This document shows positions 18,653 to 30,000 of a stretch of DNA of 64,000 nucleotides, in pieces. Source of the stretch: a virus; IMG/VR virus record IMGVR_UViG_3300047356_000838, positions 21,780 through 85,779 of that record. One strand, given 5' to 3'. The translations under genes and the position numbers were made by a program. Each line of letters begins with the position of its first letter. The stretch's first letter is position 1. Below the pieces are notes generated by a model that worked only from the letters and a program-made list of their open reading frames with translations, did no database searches and was not told the DNA's origin.

Positions 18653-18681
18653 ATTATAACAGGCGCCCAAGCGCCTGTCAA
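18653..18681 (-). promoter_or_regulatory. Consensus sigma70 promoter TTGACA-N17-TATAAT (extended -10) with a GC-rich palindrome in the spacer
   Basis: Minus strand reads TTGACA GGCGCTTGGGCGCCTGT TATAAT ATCAAGA ATG. Confidence 0.88.
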
Positions 18682-18704
18682 TAGTTAAAATGTTTTTTTA
18701 TATT

Positions 18705-19829
18705 TTAGTGTTTTACACAATCAACTGGTAGTTTGTTGTAGTCTACCATGTAGTAGCCTGCATCGTCTACTAGTAGCGCATCTTCGTACTGTGTGCCTAG
18801 CAAGTCTTGTGCCATAACACCTGACCATGTACCTTGGATACCGTTTGTGTAGTTCCACATGTATGTTTGTAGACCTTCCACAACATCCAACTTTTGAATA
18901 TTTGTCTTAAGTCTAATATCACTACTGTGTGAAACACTACCTGTTACAGTGATTGTACCACCATTGTCCGCAACATAAGTTACATCATGCTTTTCATAAC
19001 CGTATGTCATTCTGTGTGTACCTTCAACCTGATCCTGTACATTGTAGATTGACTTGTTATAACTTGTCTGATCAGCCGCCGCGTCAACCCAGTAACACCT
19101 TGCTTGAACACTAGCACCACTGTCTGCAGTTTGTAATTGCCACTGTACATAGTTTGCAGTATATGGACCTGTGTCCTCATACTGTAGGAACACTGTGAGA
19201 TATGAACTTGTTAAGTCATGATAGCCTGCTGTAGTAGTAAGGTTTGTACTTGCTGATCCTGAACCACCACTCTTGCCTGCTGTTTGTGCATACACATAGT
19301 AAGTACCTGCTTGTACAAGCAAGTTTGCCCATTGGTTACCTTTACTATCACTGCCATGTCCACTTTGTAGACCACTCATACTCAAACGTCCACCTGCGTT
19401 AAAGAAGTAACGTGCTTGGTTTGTACTGCCCCATGCCCACTTGTGAGTAAACGTTAGTGTACCTGTGAATGTTGTTGCACTATCTCTGTTTGTGTTTGCT
19501 ACACTTTGACGAGCTGCAGGTGTAAGTCTGTTTGTATCAATAGTGCCGATGTTTGTTGCTAGTGCTGTGTATGCAGCAATTGTATCACCTGCACTTGGAT
19601 TACTAATTGCAGTAATACTTGAGCCCTGATGAGATGCCATACTGTTCATTCTTGCTAGTAGTGTTGTCCACTGTGCCGCTGTAATTGTTGTGCCGGCACT
19701 GACAGCGGCTACTGTAGTACTTTCTCCGTAACCTCTGTCACCTGAGCCTGTACCCCAAAGTGCGTTTACACTAGTAGCAAAATCATTATAGTGATCATCG
19801 AGTATAGTATCGCCTGAAGTATAAGCCAT
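18705..19829 (-). CDS. Tail fibre/virion protein with C-terminal peptidase S74 intramolecular chaperone
   Basis: Ser/Thr/Ala-rich body; SDIRLKTNI...GVMAQDL...VDY C-terminus. Confidence 0.8.
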   Translation of the reverse strand: MAYTSGDTILDDHYNDFATSVNALWGTGSGDRGYGESTTVAAVSAGTTITAAQWTTLLARMNSMASHQGSSITAISNPSAGDTIAAYTALATNIGTIDTNRLTPAARQSVANTNRDSATTFTGTLTFTHKWAWGSTNQARYFFNAGGRLSMSGLQSGHGSDSKGNQWANLLVQAGTYYVYAQTAGKSGGSGSASTNLTTTAGYHDLTSSYLTVFLQYEDTGPYTANYVQWQLQTADSGASVQARCYWVDAAADQTSYNKSIYNVQDQVEGTHRMTYGYEKHDVTYVADNGGTITVTGSVSHSSDIRLKTNIQKLDVVEGLQTYMWNYTNGIQGTWSGVMAQDLLGTQYEDALLVDDAGYYMVDYNKLPVDCVKH

Positions 19830-19844
19830 TTAGTTTTTCTCCGA

Positions 19845-21299
19845 TTAGTTAATTGTTACAAAGGCTTCTACAGTGCCTTCTTCCATAGTTGTTTTTGTTT
19901 GGATTGCTCTGCCGATAACATTGAAAGCATTAATTGATTCGTCATCTGATGCAGCTCTTGCCATGCCGTTTCCTGCACTAACAAGTCTATCACCTTTATT
20001 TACCAAGCCTAAAACACGCACTGGAACACGACCTGCTACTGCCACTGGCGCACCGCCATCTTGTGCAGAATTCATTAAGTATGCAGGGCGTGTGCTTACC
20101 ACACCAAACACACTGTCTGAAAGTTCTTCATTTACTGCAGTAATTTCTTCCACACCACCTAGTGCTACTACTGTACCTGGAGCGTAACTGTTATCAGGAC
20201 GGAAGTTTTCCGCCAAGTCAGCATATTCTGCTGCAGTTGCAGTTCCGTTAAATGTTGTTGCAAACACTGTTGCAACTCTGTTGCCACTACTACCAAAGTT
20301 TACTGTGCCACTAACAAGAATGTCTCCTGTCATTGTGCCGCCACTAAGTAATAGTCCGCCACTGCCTGAGACTGCACTGTCAACATATGCTTTAGTTGCA
20401 ACACCTAGGTTATCACTAGGAGCACCTGCTACAAGAACACGGTTTGTTGCACCATCAATGGTCATTGCTGTTGAAACAACACCACCATCGTTAACTTTAA
20501 TAAGAATGTCACCATCACTTGTGGCATTACTAATACTTACATCACTTCCACTTACACCAACTGTTAGGTCACTGTCAACACCAACAACTAGTCCTGTGTC
20601 GTTTAGTACACTAAGTACACCACTTGTTGAATCACTAGCATCACTGCGCAAGTAACTTGCTGCTGCTACGCCACCAAGTGCGTCTGAATCTGTTGCTGTA
20701 CCTACAAACTTGTTGCCTGTAACTGCAGTACTAAGTTGAATACCTGGCTTTACTGTTGCAAATCCTGAGATAGCACTCTGCGGAGTGAATGTTGTATCTT
20801 TGGATACTGTAGCAACTAAAACGTTGTTTGTATAAAGTTTAACAACAACATGATCTGTACTACCACTGTCTGTAACTGTTTCAACAATAGCACCTGATGT
20901 TCCTGTGCCACTTGTAAATGATGGACCAATAGTTGTAAAGTTAGTTCCGTTATATACTTTTAACTGTCCGTTAGTGGTATCCCACCACAAATCACCGGTA
21001 ACACTACCAGTTGGTGTACTTCCACTTGCTGTACTACTACTAACAGTTTTAAATGTTGTTCCTGTATAAACCTTAAGTAGGTTGTTTGTTTTGTCCCACC
21101 ACATTTGACCTGCAACTGGGCTTGCTGGTGCACTAGTGTTACTAAAGTTTTCCAATAGTTTTACTAGGTTCTCGTTAAAGAATTCACCGTAACCAGCATA
21201 GTTCTTACCAATAAGCGTAAGATCTGTGGTTGTATCAATGGTTCCATCTGCTACTGTTGCAAGAATAGTACCGTCGGTTTTGTTAACTGTATAAGCCAT
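19845..21299 (-). CDS. Tail fibre/baseplate-associated protein with C-terminal autocleaving chaperone (peptidase G2-like)
   Basis: LIGKNYAGYGE...LENF, GQMWWD/GDLWWD repeats, ATKAYVD, YADLAE...PAYLMNS...GRVPVRV. Confidence 0.75.
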   Translation of the reverse strand: MAYTVNKTDGTILATVADGTIDTTTDLTLIGKNYAGYGEFFNENLVKLLENFSNTSAPASPVAGQMWWDKTNNLLKVYTGTTFKTVSSSTASGSTPTGSVTGDLWWDTTNGQLKVYNGTNFTTIGPSFTSGTGTSGAIVETVTDSGSTDHVVVKLYTNNVLVATVSKDTTFTPQSAISGFATVKPGIQLSTAVTGNKFVGTATDSDALGGVAAASYLRSDASDSTSGVLSVLNDTGLVVGVDSDLTVGVSGSDVSISNATSDGDILIKVNDGGVVSTAMTIDGATNRVLVAGAPSDNLGVATKAYVDSAVSGSGGLLLSGGTMTGDILVSGTVNFGSSGNRVATVFATTFNGTATAAEYADLAENFRPDNSYAPGTVVALGGVEEITAVNEELSDSVFGVVSTRPAYLMNSAQDGGAPVAVAGRVPVRVLGLVNKGDRLVSAGNGMARAASDDESINAFNVIGRAIQTKTTMEEGTVEAFVTIN

Positions 21300-21330
21300 T
21301 TTTATTTGCTCCGCATGTATTCGTTAGTAT

Positions 21331-21338
21331 TATTTATC
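21331..21338 (-). promoter_or_regulatory. T4-type late promoter-like (GATAAATA)
   Basis: Intergenic, ~30 nt upstream of the 21299 ATG, followed by a GGAG SD. Confidence 0.6.
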
Positions 21339-21358
21339 CACTTTATAAACTTAGTATA

Positions 21359-22024
21359 TTATATGCTACTAAGATTAGTCAGTGTTTGAATTCTAACTGT
21401 GTAATCAATCTGTATAAGTCTGTTTAGACTTTTTTGTACCGGGTGAAAAACAACGTGTGTTAATAGTTTACCCGTGTTAACTGTGCCTGTCCAGCTACGC
21501 AGTCCAAGCTCATCAAATGTGTATGTGTCATTAAAGTTACTGGTGTTGTCAAATGCTGCTTGACTGTTTGGCTCGCCGTAGTCTAACAAACAACTTACAA
21601 CAATATCTGTGTAAATTTGTCCTGCTGTGTGGTTTACACTAAGTTTATTTCTTGCTGTATCTGTGTTCAAACTACTGTTGTCATCTACAACTTTATAGTA
21701 GGTTTGATTATAAAGGTTAGCATTAGCGCCGCTGCTGTTTGCTGGCAAGTATGTAATTACACCTGTTGGATCAACACTGGTGCCACCATTACCAAATGCC
21801 ATTTCATGAACAAACCCTGTGGTCTTGTTTGCAACGCTAAGTGCAAGTGCTTCACTCATGTTCTCATAATGAATAGCGTTGCGCTTGTTCACATAATCTT
21901 CACCTGTCTCGGGATCAAAGATACGAATATGACCTTCCATCATCACACCACTTACGTCTTTAATAGCACTTTCGGGCTGTTGTGGTTGTTCAATATCGTC
22001 TTTGTTCATGTCTTGTTCTTTCAT
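21359..22024 (-). CDS. Virion structural protein (tail/baseplate)
   Basis: MAFGNGG, FDELGL, LLTHVVFHPVQKS..IQIDYT, similar to tail-collar/fibre-attachment proteins; located in the tail module. Confidence 0.6.
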   Translation of the reverse strand: MKEQDMNKDDIEQPQQPESAIKDVSGVMMEGHIRIFDPETGEDYVNKRNAIHYENMSEALALSVANKTTGFVHEMAFGNGGTSVDPTGVITYLPANSSGANANLYNQTYYKVVDDNSSLNTDTARNKLSVNHTAGQIYTDIVVSCLLDYGEPNSQAAFDNTSNFNDTYTFDELGLRSWTGTVNTGKLLTHVVFHPVQKSLNRLIQIDYTVRIQTLTNLSSI

Positions 22025-22028
22025 AGTT

Positions 22029-23993
22029 TTATACCTTAAGTAAACATTCTACATTCTTTTGGGATAAATCGCTATTTGTTTCTAATGCGATTCCAACAAT
22101 TGCGCCTGCACCGTTTGAACTTGCACAGCCATTGTGCGTTGCAAATACAGCCTCACCCTTATTTATGGACCCTACAACACGCACTGGTACACGACCTACT
22201 AGTGCAACTGCCTGTCCATCTGCAGCACTGTTCATCAAGTAAGCAGGAGCAGTTGAAATAACACCTGCTAGATATACTGTGTCAGGTCCTGCTTTTGTAA
22301 TTTCTGCATCGCCACCCACTGTTACTACTGTGCCAGGTGGATATTGTACATCACTTGCATAAATCTCAGCCAAGTCAGCATACTGTGCGCTTGTTGCTAC
22401 ACCTTGGAATTCGGTTGCTGCTATATTACCAATTACTTGTACCTTGCCAGTGCCATTGGGATCTAAATTAATATCATCGTTTGATCTGCTTGTTGAAATA
22501 TTGTTGTCAACAATAGTTAACCCATCTGTAGTAAATGTATCAGCGTCTATAGTGCCACTGCTAGTTAGACTCGTAAGCGTACCTACGCTGGTAATATTTG
22601 TTTGTGCCGCTGTGCTTAGTGTACCTGCTACACTTGTTGCTTCTAGTGTATGCAACTGTAGTGTACTTGCACTGGCGCCACTGATGTCCATTGTAATGTT
22701 GCCAGTGTCTGCGGCTGTGTTTGTTGTTGTGCCTACTACAAACTTATCAGCACTTTCATCAAATATAAATGCAGCATTAGAACCTGTTGTTCCACGCTCC
22801 ATAATAAAGCCCAAATCGTTTGTGTTTGCGCTTGCGCCTAATCCATTTTGTAGTCCAATAAGCGCATCGTCAACTGTTAATGTACTTGTGTTAAGTGTAG
22901 TAGTTGTACCATTAATTGTTAAGTTTCCTGTTACAACTAGATCGCCTCCTGCGCTAAGATCTCCAGTCACTGTTACATCATTGGGTAATCCAATGGTTAC
23001 TGTGTTATCTGTTACTGCAGTGGTTACTTCTGTTGCGGTGCCTGCAAATACTAGTGTGTCTGTGCCAACTGTTACGTTATCTGTTGCGCTGCCGTCACCA
23101 ATTGTTAGTGTTGTACTAAGACTGCTTACACTACCATCTACATATGCTTTGGTTGCTGCATCACCATTGTTAGTTGGAGTTGCTAGGCCAGTAATCTTAC
23201 TACTGCCCATTGCAATAGCGCCACTCATCGTGCCACCAGTAAGTGATAGTTTCAGTGCATCTGCTGTATCAACATATGTTTTAGTTGCAGCATCTTGTGC
23301 GCTTGTTGGATCTCCTAGTCCTGTAATTTTGGCTGTGCCCATTGCAATAGCACCACTCATTGTGCCGCCAGCAAGCGGAAGCATTGTATCAGCATATGCT
23401 TTAGTCGCTGCATGTTGTGCGCTTGTTGGATCTACAACATTAATGATCTTTTGTGTGTTTGCATCAACGTCACCTGCAGGCACCCAAGTAAGTGTGATAT
23501 CGTTTGTGTTTTGCGTTGCTACAATAGGAGCAGTACCGATAATCTTTCTAAACTGTAGATCACTACCGACTTTGCTACTGAATACACTGCTACCACTTGC
23601 ACCTAAGTTGTTACCATTGTTTGCTTCACCGCCGCCTAGACCAGGAGGTGCTGCACTAATCCAACTGTCTCCGTCCCAGGTTAAAACGTGGTTTGTAGTT
23701 GGTGTGCCAGTGTAATCAACATCGAGAACATCTCTTATACTAGCCGCTGCAATACGAGCATCTGCTCTTGCATTTGTGAAGTATAAGTTTGTGTTTTCAG
23801 TAATATTTGCAGTTGTAATAGTAACCCCGTTACTGACTGGACTTACACCGTTAACAGTTTTTACAGCAATCCCATCAAGAGTTGTATGGTTAGATGCATT
23901 GGTATTTACTCGACCATCTAGGTCTGTAAAGTTACCGTCCAACTGATCATGTGTGAGAGCAGTACTTCTACTATTTCTTAATATAATTGCCAT
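22029..23993 (-). CDS. Tail fibre protein with DAATKxYVD neck repeats and C-terminal G2-like chaperone
   Basis: LTHDQLDGNF N-terminus, three AATK(A/T)Y(A/V)D units, QYADLAE...PAYLMNS...GRVPVRV. Confidence 0.78.
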   Translation of the reverse strand: MAIILRNSRSTALTHDQLDGNFTDLDGRVNTNASNHTTLDGIAVKTVNGVSPVSNGVTITTANITENTNLYFTNARADARIAAASIRDVLDVDYTGTPTTNHVLTWDGDSWISAAPPGLGGGEANNGNNLGASGSSVFSSKVGSDLQFRKIIGTAPIVATQNTNDITLTWVPAGDVDANTQKIINVVDPTSAQHAATKAYADTMLPLAGGTMSGAIAMGTAKITGLGDPTSAQDAATKTYVDTADALKLSLTGGTMSGAIAMGSSKITGLATPTNNGDAATKAYVDGSVSSLSTTLTIGDGSATDNVTVGTDTLVFAGTATEVTTAVTDNTVTIGLPNDVTVTGDLSAGGDLVVTGNLTINGTTTTLNTSTLTVDDALIGLQNGLGASANTNDLGFIMERGTTGSNAAFIFDESADKFVVGTTTNTAADTGNITMDISGASASTLQLHTLEATSVAGTLSTAAQTNITSVGTLTSLTSSGTIDADTFTTDGLTIVDNNISTSRSNDDINLDPNGTGKVQVIGNIAATEFQGVATSAQYADLAEIYASDVQYPPGTVVTVGGDAEITKAGPDTVYLAGVISTAPAYLMNSAADGQAVALVGRVPVRVVGSINKGEAVFATHNGCASSNGAGAIVGIALETNSDLSQKNVECLLKV

Positions 23994-24012
23994 TCTTTAA
24001 ACTCCGCTAACA

Positions 24013-24020
24013 TATTTATC
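24013..24020 (-). promoter_or_regulatory. T4-type late promoter-like (GATAAATA)
   Basis: Intergenic, followed by a GGAG SD and the ATG at 23993. Confidence 0.6.
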
Positions 24021-24025
24021 TACCA

Positions 24026-27000
24026 TCAAAACAGTCTCTCAACGTAGTCATCTTCAACATAGCCATCCACCATGTATTCTGCTGCATTAAGTTCTGCTCT
24101 GTAGTTAGGCACCTGTGCCTCACACGCTTTTAAGAAGTTAGCATTTGTTGTGCTGCTTTGCTGCAATCCAAGTCCGTCTGCAGCAACGCCTGTTCCTAAA
24201 TCATACCATGTTTTTGTATGTGTATCTGTTGCAGGCAAATATTGATCTTTGCTGCCATCTACTACTAAGAAGCCCGGGACAATACGATTCAGTATTGCTG
24301 TACCTTTTGTACCTCTGCGCAAATTAGTAATATAATTGTCTGTGTTATCTATTTCCCAATAAGTTACACGCTCCCCACCAATAAACACAACGCCTGGATA
24401 TTCGCTGTCTGCGCTAACTTGTGGAAGAACGCTTGCATCATTAACATAAATCTTTGTGTCTGTTAACAGAACATCTGCTGCAATTTCTGTAGTAGCATCC
24501 TTGCACATTCTTAAATATTCAACATTTCCATTCATGTCCTGGAAGATTCTAAATCCAGTGCTTGGTTTAATAGCATTTTCACTGATATGCGTTATTACAA
24601 CGATGCTTGCTCCGCCAATAGTTGCTTGAATATTATTGCTCATTACAATACTTGCGCCGTTTGTAATATAATCACCTGGATGTAGCCTTATGCCATCTAC
24701 TGTTACCCAGAAGTTGTTGACGTTGGTTACGGTTCTATCTAGGTCATATGTTCCAACTGTGCCTGAAACTACACTACGATCAAATCCTGCACTATCAAAT
24801 GCAACATCATCAAACTCATCAATTACTGTGGTTGATCCTGTGCCTTGCCCTTTAAACACTTTTGTTTGGATGCGCAGTGGATCATGATTAGCAAATGTGT
24901 TAACACGCATTGTACTTGAACTTGTGAAACTTACACTGCCGTCAATAGTAATTTCTGTGCCATCTGCACTAATTGTGTATTCTGCTTCACTGCGATTGTA
25001 TACAATAACTTTGTCGCCATCTGCTGGTGCAGTAAGCATAGTAATAAATGCATCGCCTGCTGTGACTGTGTAATCAATATTACGAACAGCATTTAGTGTT
25101 GTCTCTGTGCTCTGTTGTATTACTGCAACACCAATATCTCCTGGATTTACAATTGTTGTTTCGCCAGCAGTTGTTGAAATATTAAACTGAGTAGTTGAAC
25201 CATCACCTGTGTGATACTTGCTGTTTACTGGACGTAATCTTACTCCATCAATTTCAACAATTGTATTTGCACTCAGTGGCTGTGCATAGTTTACTGTATT
25301 ATCCAAACTGTAGGTTTGAGTGCCTGCTGTAAGTGTTGTTGTTTGCAGTTTGTACTTTGTTGGAGCATCTCTGCTTGTTGCTTGATTAAATGTAAACACA
25401 TGAATTTGTGCATTTGCTGCTGGTGCTGTAGCAAATGTCATAGTAGTATTGCCCTCTGCGGCTTCAAATACTGGACTAGTTTCTACACCATCAACAAAAA
25501 CAATACTTTGTTTTACATTATCAGGATCATTTGCAAGAATGAATAATTTTTGTGTACCATCACCTTCAAAAGTGAACTCACCAATCATCTTTTCACCAGT
25601 TTGTCCATATGCATAAACATGTAATATGTCTGATGCGCCCAGTGGAGAGCTTATAGTAATAGTTTTTGTAGCAAAGTTTGTAGTGAAGTTATACTGACGT
25701 ACACTGTTTTTGTATACAATTAGTGTATTATAATCATCTGCACTTTTGTCTGTTCTACCCCATTGAAATTCTGTTACTGCGCCAGTTGTATCAGTGAAGC
25801 TCACATAGCGAACTTCCATGGCATTGCCATCTTTTTCAAAGTCGTTACTTGCATGTGTGTACACTTCCATGTCAAGTGTGTCATACACTCTGCCTGGTAC
25901 TAGTTCTTCAGGTGCATGGCTGCTATAAGTGTCAACAAATCCTGCGCCATCAATGTTAATATCCTCAGGGCGTGTGCCCAGTTCTAGATCTGTAAACAAA
26001 CTAGTTACAGTAGTGTCAAGTCCTGCTAGAACTGCTAGACCATCACTGTCAATTTCAAAGTTATCAAACGCAACTACATCAAAGTTGCCACTGTCAAATC
26101 CTGGATCTTGGTCAAATCCTGCACCTGTTACGTTATTGCCCAAGTAACCTGTGCCTTTTTGCAATAGTTCTAGATCATCGCCAATCATACCTGCAGTTGG
26201 ATAATAGTAAGCAGCAATTCTGTCCGCAGTGTTTGTAAAGTCTGCATCTAGTTTTACTGTTAGTACTGTGTTACCACTGGTGTTTTCCACACTAAAGGTT
26301 GATCCACTAGTAAAGCTCAGTGCTACATCATACACTTCCTGTGTTAGAGTGGCAGTATTTTGGTAAGCAACTACATCGCCTGCAGTGTAAGCAGTATTTG
26401 CTGTCCAGTCCTTAACGATACTTGTGTATGTAGTACGATCAAACTTAATAGTAGTGTCAAAACTTCTTATTGTTGTGTTTACCAGTCTTGGACTTACTAG
26501 TATGCCTGTGCCGCTGCCTGTCACAGTAATAGTTGGTTCTTGTGTATACCCGCTGCCCTTGTTTGTCATTGTAATACTAATAATTGTATCACCGTTTGTT
26601 TTTGCAGTTGCCACTGCTTGCACACCGCCTGCGAGTTGCGGTGCACTAATTGTAATTGTAGGATCTGTAATATACCCAGTACCAGCATTTACAATCTGTA
26701 TGCTATCCAGTTTATAACCATAGTTTTCACTCCAGGGCTTGTTAAGTCCTTGAGTTTGTAGTATCTCATCACCGCTAAATTCACCGCTTGGTTTACGGAA
26801 GTACCCCTGTGTTTCATCATAGTATGCATGCAGATCAAAATCAGTAGTATCACTGCCATAGAGATCCAACTTGTCATACTTGCTGACGTATTCGCGAATT
26901 TTTGTTTTGTAAGGCTTTACTTCGTTTATAAAGTCCTCAATAAAGTCTGTGTTGTCAAACTTAAATGTGTTGTACTGATCCAAACTACGAATCTTATGTG

Positions 27001-30000
27001 CAACTGTAATGAAACTTGTTTTGAACATCCAGTCTGGACTAAAGTTACTTTCATTTAGTGCGTATTCCATTAAACGGAAGAACAGTTCATTCATATTAAT
27101 TTCATAGTCACCAATAAAGACATCGTTCTTTAATGCTTCAATGATTTGTCTAATTTCTTGTGCAGGCACTTTATCAAATGCAGCAAAGTCAAATCCATCA
27201 TTGTCAAATCCTGTTGCTTCAAAGTTGCTATTGGTTGTTGCAAAACTATACAAACTTGCGTTAAACTGCAGTGTGCCACGCTCAATAATAACCTCATCCC
27301 AGCCTGTGTCAGTCTTAGCGAACATACTAAAGTTGCCTTCGTCATTGCTGGTTACTTTAGCAATGTCTCCTGTAACCGCACTGGTAAGTGTAAGTAGGTC
27401 TGCTTCCAGAGTAACTTGATAAGCAGGCACTGTAGTTGCATCATAACCTGTTGCATAATAGGTTGCGTAATCCCAATAGTCTGATGTGTTGTAACCCTGA
27501 ATATTTGATAACAGCCAACTCTTGTCCGCCTGCAATGTATAAATTGTCCAGTAATTACTTTGATTTTCATCTTCTAGAACTAGTACTTTATATCCTGTGC
27601 TAAGGATAGCAGTGTTAAGGAAATCTCTTTCCTGACTTGAATCAACACTGGTGTTATATTCGCCACTGTTGACTGTAGGAATATTTTCACTGCTTAATAG
27701 TTTTGTTAGATTACTGTTTCTAGCAAACGGTGCTTTTACAAGTACACTGTTTGTATACTGTGTTAGAACTTTAAGTGCTGCAGCACGGTTAACAAACATG
27801 CCCTGACGTGGCTGTGTAAGCACACCGTACTTTTCAACTTCACTTAGGAATGGATCTGGTACACTGTTACCAACACTATCGCTGCCTGCTAGACTGTCAA
27901 CAAGTTTTGTATACATTCTTGCTGGGATAGCCTGGTCAGTGTTGCCTCTGCCATATAGTTCATACTCACTGTGCAACACGCCTTCGTTTTTAACTACATC
28001 ATAGTTAATGCTTAGTACTGTGTCTTTGTCTGCAAAATACTGCTTACAGTTAAACAGTGCAACTGCATTTGTGTCCAGGAATGCAATGTGTGGCAAACCT
28101 GCGCCTTTAGGATCTTGAATAAGACTACGCACACTGTCTGCACTAATATTTCTAAATGCTGCTTCTACAGGTACACTTAGTATATCTTTTACCCAGAAGT
28201 AATAACGAGGTTGTGTGCTATCTGTTGTGCTATCATATACATTTGCTATGTTGAATTTTGTAGGGTCTTTTACAACGCCTTCTCCTGTGTATTGACTTGG
28301 TGGTGTTGAACTTTCAATCCACTCATATACATCAATGCTTGATCCAGGAAATGCTTGCGCCCAGTAGTTTTGGCGGAAATCTAAATTGCCTTGTTCAGCA
28401 TTTAAATAATGCACAGTGCTTGTATCCCACCATAGCCTGTTTTTGTATTTGTAGTTCCATAAATTGTTATACATTGCTGGATCTGCATGACTAACATAAC
28501 TAAGCTCTGCTGCAGCAACACCTGCTATCTTGCCTTTTGCTGGATCAATATAATCAAGGAACACACTAACTTCGCCTGCTTTTTTATTGTAAAGTGCAAC
28601 ACGGTTAATTTGACTTACGTCAACTCTTGTACCTTCACTGCGCAATGTGTTCCAACTACCTGCTCTTGTGTTGTTGTTAAATTCATATACGCTGCCGCTG
28701 TTAGCAAAGTTTGTTGTATCATTAGGTGCACCAACAAATACTCTGTTGTCATTGTATGCAATTGCGCTACCAAATTTATCTAGTTCAAGAATATTTGTGC
28801 TCTTGAGTTGCTGTCCAAACACCATCTTACTTGGATCTGCCAGATCTGGTGTATTAGGATTTAGTAGTTCAAAGACATACACTGCGCCACTTTGTGTGCG
28901 TCTATCTGTAAATGTTGTACCACTTGCATCAAATACTGTTGTTGCACTTAGGTAGTCTTCACTGTTTGTGTTAGTTTCAATATCAAATCCTGTAGGAAGC
29001 AGCGTACTTGCTTTATCACTTGCAATTACAAGATTGCGTGTATCCGAATATGCACTTGCACTATTATGAACATGTTTGTCAAATGCTACTTTTTCACCAA
29101 AGTTTTCATTTTCAAATGCCTGTGGATGATTGATCTTTTGTGTAAGTTTAAACGGATCAACAATTGCACCAGACTGGAAACTAGTGCCTGTGCCTGGCAT
29201 TACACTAAGTTTATTGTAAAGCTCTGTGTTAGTTGATGTAATAACAAGTTGATCATCACTGTTCTTACTTGCACTTACTCCTGGGATGTTTGCTGCAACA
29301 ATATCTGCGGCTAGGTCTGCAGGATCAGTGCTACTAGAACTTACTGTAACTTCACGGTCATCAATGAACAGTGTGTGTCCTGAAGTGACACTGTAACTGC
29401 TACCTTCTTTACTGGTAACACTAGCGTAGTTTTTGCCTGCGTCCTGCAGAATGAATACGCTGCCTGTGTTAGGATTTGTTTCATCTTCGCCAGGACTGCC
29501 AATAGCAATAATACTACCTTTAGTATCAATACCAACACTTATACCAAACTGCTCGTTACCGTTTGTCTCATCATCCAGGTCAACCTGGTCAATCTGTTGC
29601 ATTTGTGTAAACGTGCCAGTGTATACCTCAATTACATCACCCGCTGCGGGTGCAAATTTAAAAGTAATAGTTTTACTTGAACGAGTATAAAATCCTTCAG
29701 TGGATCCGTCATTGTCCACTGGAACATCAGCATTATTTGTTTCAATTTGCAACTCACCGTTTACTTCAACGTAGATTTTTGTTTGCAATGTGTTAGTTGT
29801 TGTAAATGATTTTACCGTGCCATCTGCAATGAACTTCTCAACATACTGTGCATAAAGATATGCTTCACCACTGTTTGCTTTTGCACTAATAGTTGCTGCT
29901 GGTGCACCAACAATAACTCTCTTACCTAGGTAATCACAGTCTATGCTATGTCCAAAGTCGCCGCTGCCTGCTGTGTAATTACCTATTTCTTTAAAGTAAT

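Noticed and set aside
22444-23715. 423-aa plus-strand ORF (and similar antisense ORFs at 20281, 42552, 61046)
   Set aside because: Shadow frames of Thr/Ala/Gly-rich genes on the other strand; no SD or family motifs.
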